A DNA stretch of 64,000 bases from Gemmatimonadota bacterium (lineage in GTDB: Bacteria; JAAXHH01): assembly GCA_026705925.1 (NCBI GenBank), contig JAPOZT010000012.1:4913-68912 (forward strand), read 5' to 3'. This document shows positions 62,022-64,000 of this stretch, one piece after another (the first letter of the stretch is position 1; every line of letters starts with the position of its first letter). Both the position numbers and the translations under genes were made by a program. The notes under the pieces are model-generated. The model had not been told where the DNA came from. It saw only the letters and a program-made list of their open reading frames with translations, and ran no database searches.

Positions 62022-63536
62022 CTACATCGCTTCGCAGAACACCACAGGGCCAAACAGAACCCGCTCGAGCCACGCCAGGACCGCGGGGTCGATGTCCGGC
62101 GGCAAGCACAAACCGGTAAGGAAAGTGCTCAATGACTCGAGGTTTTCAAGGCCAAATATCTCGTTCGGCAGAGGACCTGATAAATGCTCATTGCCAGCCA
62201 ACGCCAGTATAGTGAGCTCGGAGAGCTTGCCCAACTCGGGCGGGACGTTGCCGGACAAGTCGTTGAGGTCGAGACGCAGCTCGTGCAGGTTCGTCAGCTT
62301 GCCCAACTCAGGCGGGATGTTGCCTGACAGCGTGTTGTAGCCAAGGCCCAGGAATCTCAGGTTGGTCAGCTTGCCCAACGCTGGAGGGATGCTGCCGGAC
62401 AGAGCATTGAAGCCAATATCCAACCGTTGCAAGTTGGCCAGGTTGCCCAATTCCAGAGGGATGCTGCCGGAGAACTGTTTGAAGCCAAGATGCAGTACTT
62501 CCAGGTTCGCCAGGTTGCCTAGTTCCGGCGGGATGGGGCACGACGGGTTGGGGACGGGATCCCACGACGGTGGAAATTCCGCCGTCAAGACCGGAATGGA
62601 GAATACATACAGTCGTCGCAGGTTGGTCAGATGGCCCAACTCAGATGGAATGCGGCACGACAACCGTACGTTTTCGTGCAGATCCAGCTCCTGCAGGTTG
62701 GTCAGGTTGCCCAACTCCGGTGGAATATCGCCGCCGAGGTTGTTGAAGCCGAGGTTCAGCCCGGTGACCCTTCCATCGCCGTCGGTCTCCACACCGTGCC
62801 ATGCGCCTAAAGGCAGGTCGGACAGCCAGTTGGTACTGCGCGTCCAGTTCGGTCCGTCGAGGGCGTTGTACAACGTAATCAGTGTAGCTCTGTCGGGATG
62901 GGCGATATCCACTTCGATCGGGACGGTGGCCGAAAAGCCGCTATTTGTTGCGGTAATCCGGGCGTCACCGCTGCCGACCGCCGTCACCAACCCATCATCG
63001 TCGACCGTCGCAACGCCAGTGTCGTCGCTGGCCCACGCGATGGCAGCGCCAACGATGGGCTGCTCGTTACGATCCAGCACTGTCGCGATCAACTGCACGG
63101 TCTCACCGGCCGCCTTCAGCGTCACCGTCTGCGGTTCGATGACGATACTGTGCGCCGTTTGCATGACTGTTACGATCACGCTCGCGGATGCGTTGCCCGA
63201 CATGGCCTTGATCTCGGTGCTCCCATTCCCGACCGCCGTCACCAGTCCGGTAGTGCTGACGGCCGCCACGGCGGCGTCGCCGCTGGTCCAGGAGGCGACG
63301 GCCCCGGCCATGGCCACGTTGTTCTGATCGAAAACCTGTGCGGTCAATTCAGCGGATTGGCCAATGGCATCGAGCGTTACCGACGAAGGGGCGACCACGA
63401 TTCGGGTAGGTACCGGCGCGGGAGGCGGTTCGGTCGGTTCGGGTTCGGTCGGACTGTCCTTGCCGCAGGCGGTCAATGCAAACAACGACAGACCAACGAA
63501 CATCAGCAGTAAGCGTTGGTTCATTTCAAGCCTCAT
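62022..63536 (-). CDS. Surface lipoprotein: two Big_2 domains plus plant-type LRRs, paralogue of 53896..55428
   Basis: Lipobox LTAC followed by GKDSPT. There are two Big_2 modules, then the cap DRATLITLYNALDGPNWTRSTNWLSDLPLGAWHGVETD and LRRs (LGNLTNLQ.L.L..N.LSG.IPPELGKL). The ATG overlaps the upstream stop (ATGA). Confidence 0.8.
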   Translation of the reverse strand: MRLEMNQRLLLMFVGLSLFALTACGKDSPTEPEPTEPPPAPVPTRIVVAPSSVTLDAIGQSAELTAQVFDQNNVAMAGAVASWTSGDAAVAAVSTTGLVTAVGNGSTEIKAMSGNASASVIVTVMQTAHSIVIEPQTVTLKAAGETVQLIATVLDRNEQPIVGAAIAWASDDTGVATVDDDGLVTAVGSGDARITATNSGFSATVPIEVDIAHPDRATLITLYNALDGPNWTRSTNWLSDLPLGAWHGVETDGDGRVTGLNLGFNNLGGDIPPELGNLTNLQELDLHENVRLSCRIPSELGHLTNLRRLYVFSIPVLTAEFPPSWDPVPNPSCPIPPELGNLANLEVLHLGFKQFSGSIPLELGNLANLQRLDIGFNALSGSIPPALGKLTNLRFLGLGYNTLSGNIPPELGKLTNLHELRLDLNDLSGNVPPELGKLSELTILALAGNEHLSGPLPNEIFGLENLESLSTFLTGLCLPPDIDPAVLAWLERVLFGPVVFCEAM

Positions 63537-64000
63537 AACCGCTCGAAGGTAAACACGACACCCAGGGTATAGACAAACACATCCAGGTCGTTTATTTCTC
63601 TAATGACCGTGCTGAACCACGGCTTGTACTTCTCGTCGACATGATCCAGGACCGCACCGGCACCGAACACAATGAGCAGTTTATCAACTTCCCCTGAAGT
63701 GGCATCCATGAAAAAGCGGTAAGTTATGTCCTGATCCGTAACAATCAAATCACGTGCGGCAGGAGTGTGACTCCACCGGGCCGAACTCGACGAACACCAC
63801 GTGTATGACCCCTCGACGTAGTTACTGTGGCTGACATCCTGATTAAACGTCAGGACGCATCCGGCACTGAGCCCCGTCGCCTCCACGAGGGCCCGGTCAA
63901 CGGCCCGTACGAAAGCTAGTGCTTCGCCAGGCGAAACGCCTTCATTGTCGACCAGGTCCTGCGCTGTGTTCTCGACGAGCGCATCCGCGTTGTTGGTCGT
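63533..64000 (-). CDS. Hypothetical protein, 5' end outside window
   Basis: The reading frame of ORF 63533..63886 stays open upstream to base 64000 (…TTNNADALVENTAQDLVDNEGVSPGEALAFVRAVDRALVEATG…). I recognise no family. Confidence 0.4.
   Translation of the reverse strand, partial: TTNNADALVENTAQDLVDNEGVSPGEALAFVRAVDRALVEATGLSAGCVLTFNQDVSHSNYVEGSYTWCSSSSARWSHTPAARDLIVTDQDITYRFFMDATSGEVDKLLIVFGAGAVLDHVDEKYKPWFSTVIREINDLDVFVYTLGVVFTFERL

Noticed and set aside
55732-63400. Possible CRISPR-like or other non-coding repeat arrays suggested by strong DNA periodicity.
   Set aside because: All periodic stretches are in frame within long ORFs and encode protein repeats (CARDB modules ~350 nt, LRR units 72 nt). 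There is no short-repeat/unique-spacer architecture and there are no cas genes.

Overview
The window is 64 kb of densely coding bacterial DNA, high in GC by eye. Long antisense ORFs are common and look like artefacts. I cannot assign the lineage from sequence alone. The gene content suggests an uncultivated marine or host-associated heterotroph: many Gfo/Idh/MocA and LLM oxidoreductases, Tat-exported enzymes, and LRR/Big_2/CARDB surface proteins.

The first ~2.16 kb is visibly lower in GC. It ends exactly at the 3' end of an initiator-type tRNA-Met gene. It holds an FtsX-like permease fragment, a TIM-barrel isomerase split by one in-frame TAA, and a ParB-motif ORF.

The remaining ~55 genes fall into these groups:
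- A plus-strand catabolic cluster at 5.9-12.8 kb: two HpcH aldolases, Ldh_2, a deoxyribosyltransferase-fold protein, two tandem LLM oxygenases and a creatininase-fold amidohydrolase.
- A HAMP-SpoIIE phosphatase.
- A long minus-strand gene string at 27.0-15.0 kb: Tat-signal aminotransferase, membrane alpha/beta hydrolase, iodotyrosine-deiodinase-like nitroreductase, DapA-like protein, two aminotransferases, SDR, enolase-superfamily dehydratase, a lipoprotein-type Pcm and a spermidine-synthase-like polytopic protein.
- A porin-like gene followed by an orphan TupA-like binding protein.
- Phosphorus-scavenging genes: PhoX-like, alkaline-phosphatase family, PPK2 and a metallophosphoesterase.
- An M14 carboxypeptidase, a ManD-type dehydratase and an RDD protein.
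- A minus-strand string encoding a lipoprotein RidA, YkgJ, a Tat-lipoprotein SelA/DgaE-like PLP enzyme and a PurM-like protein.
- An Omp85-barrel protein convergent with a four-gene envelope operon (SBP-like, DUF4956, SdiA-regulated-like, metallophosphoesterase).
- A surface-protein locus at 53.9-63.5 kb. A 1706-aa CARDB-repeat protein with a C-terminal HExxH metalloprotease domain is flanked by two inverted Big_2 + plant-type-LRR lipoprotein paralogues.

The candidates I rate as most likely novel are:
- A five-member family of low-GC mini-genes encoding an N-terminal TM helix plus a periodic coiled coil, scattered through 32-45.5 kb.
- The extracytoplasmic versions of normally cytoplasmic enzymes (PLP enzymes, RidA, Pcm).
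- The DUF4956 envelope operon, whose two unrelated flanking proteins share a near-identical N-terminal anchor.
- The LRR/CARDB/metalloprotease locus.

I saw no CRISPR array, rRNA, transposase, integrase or recognisable defence system. All functional calls come from motif and family recognition by eye, not from database searches.
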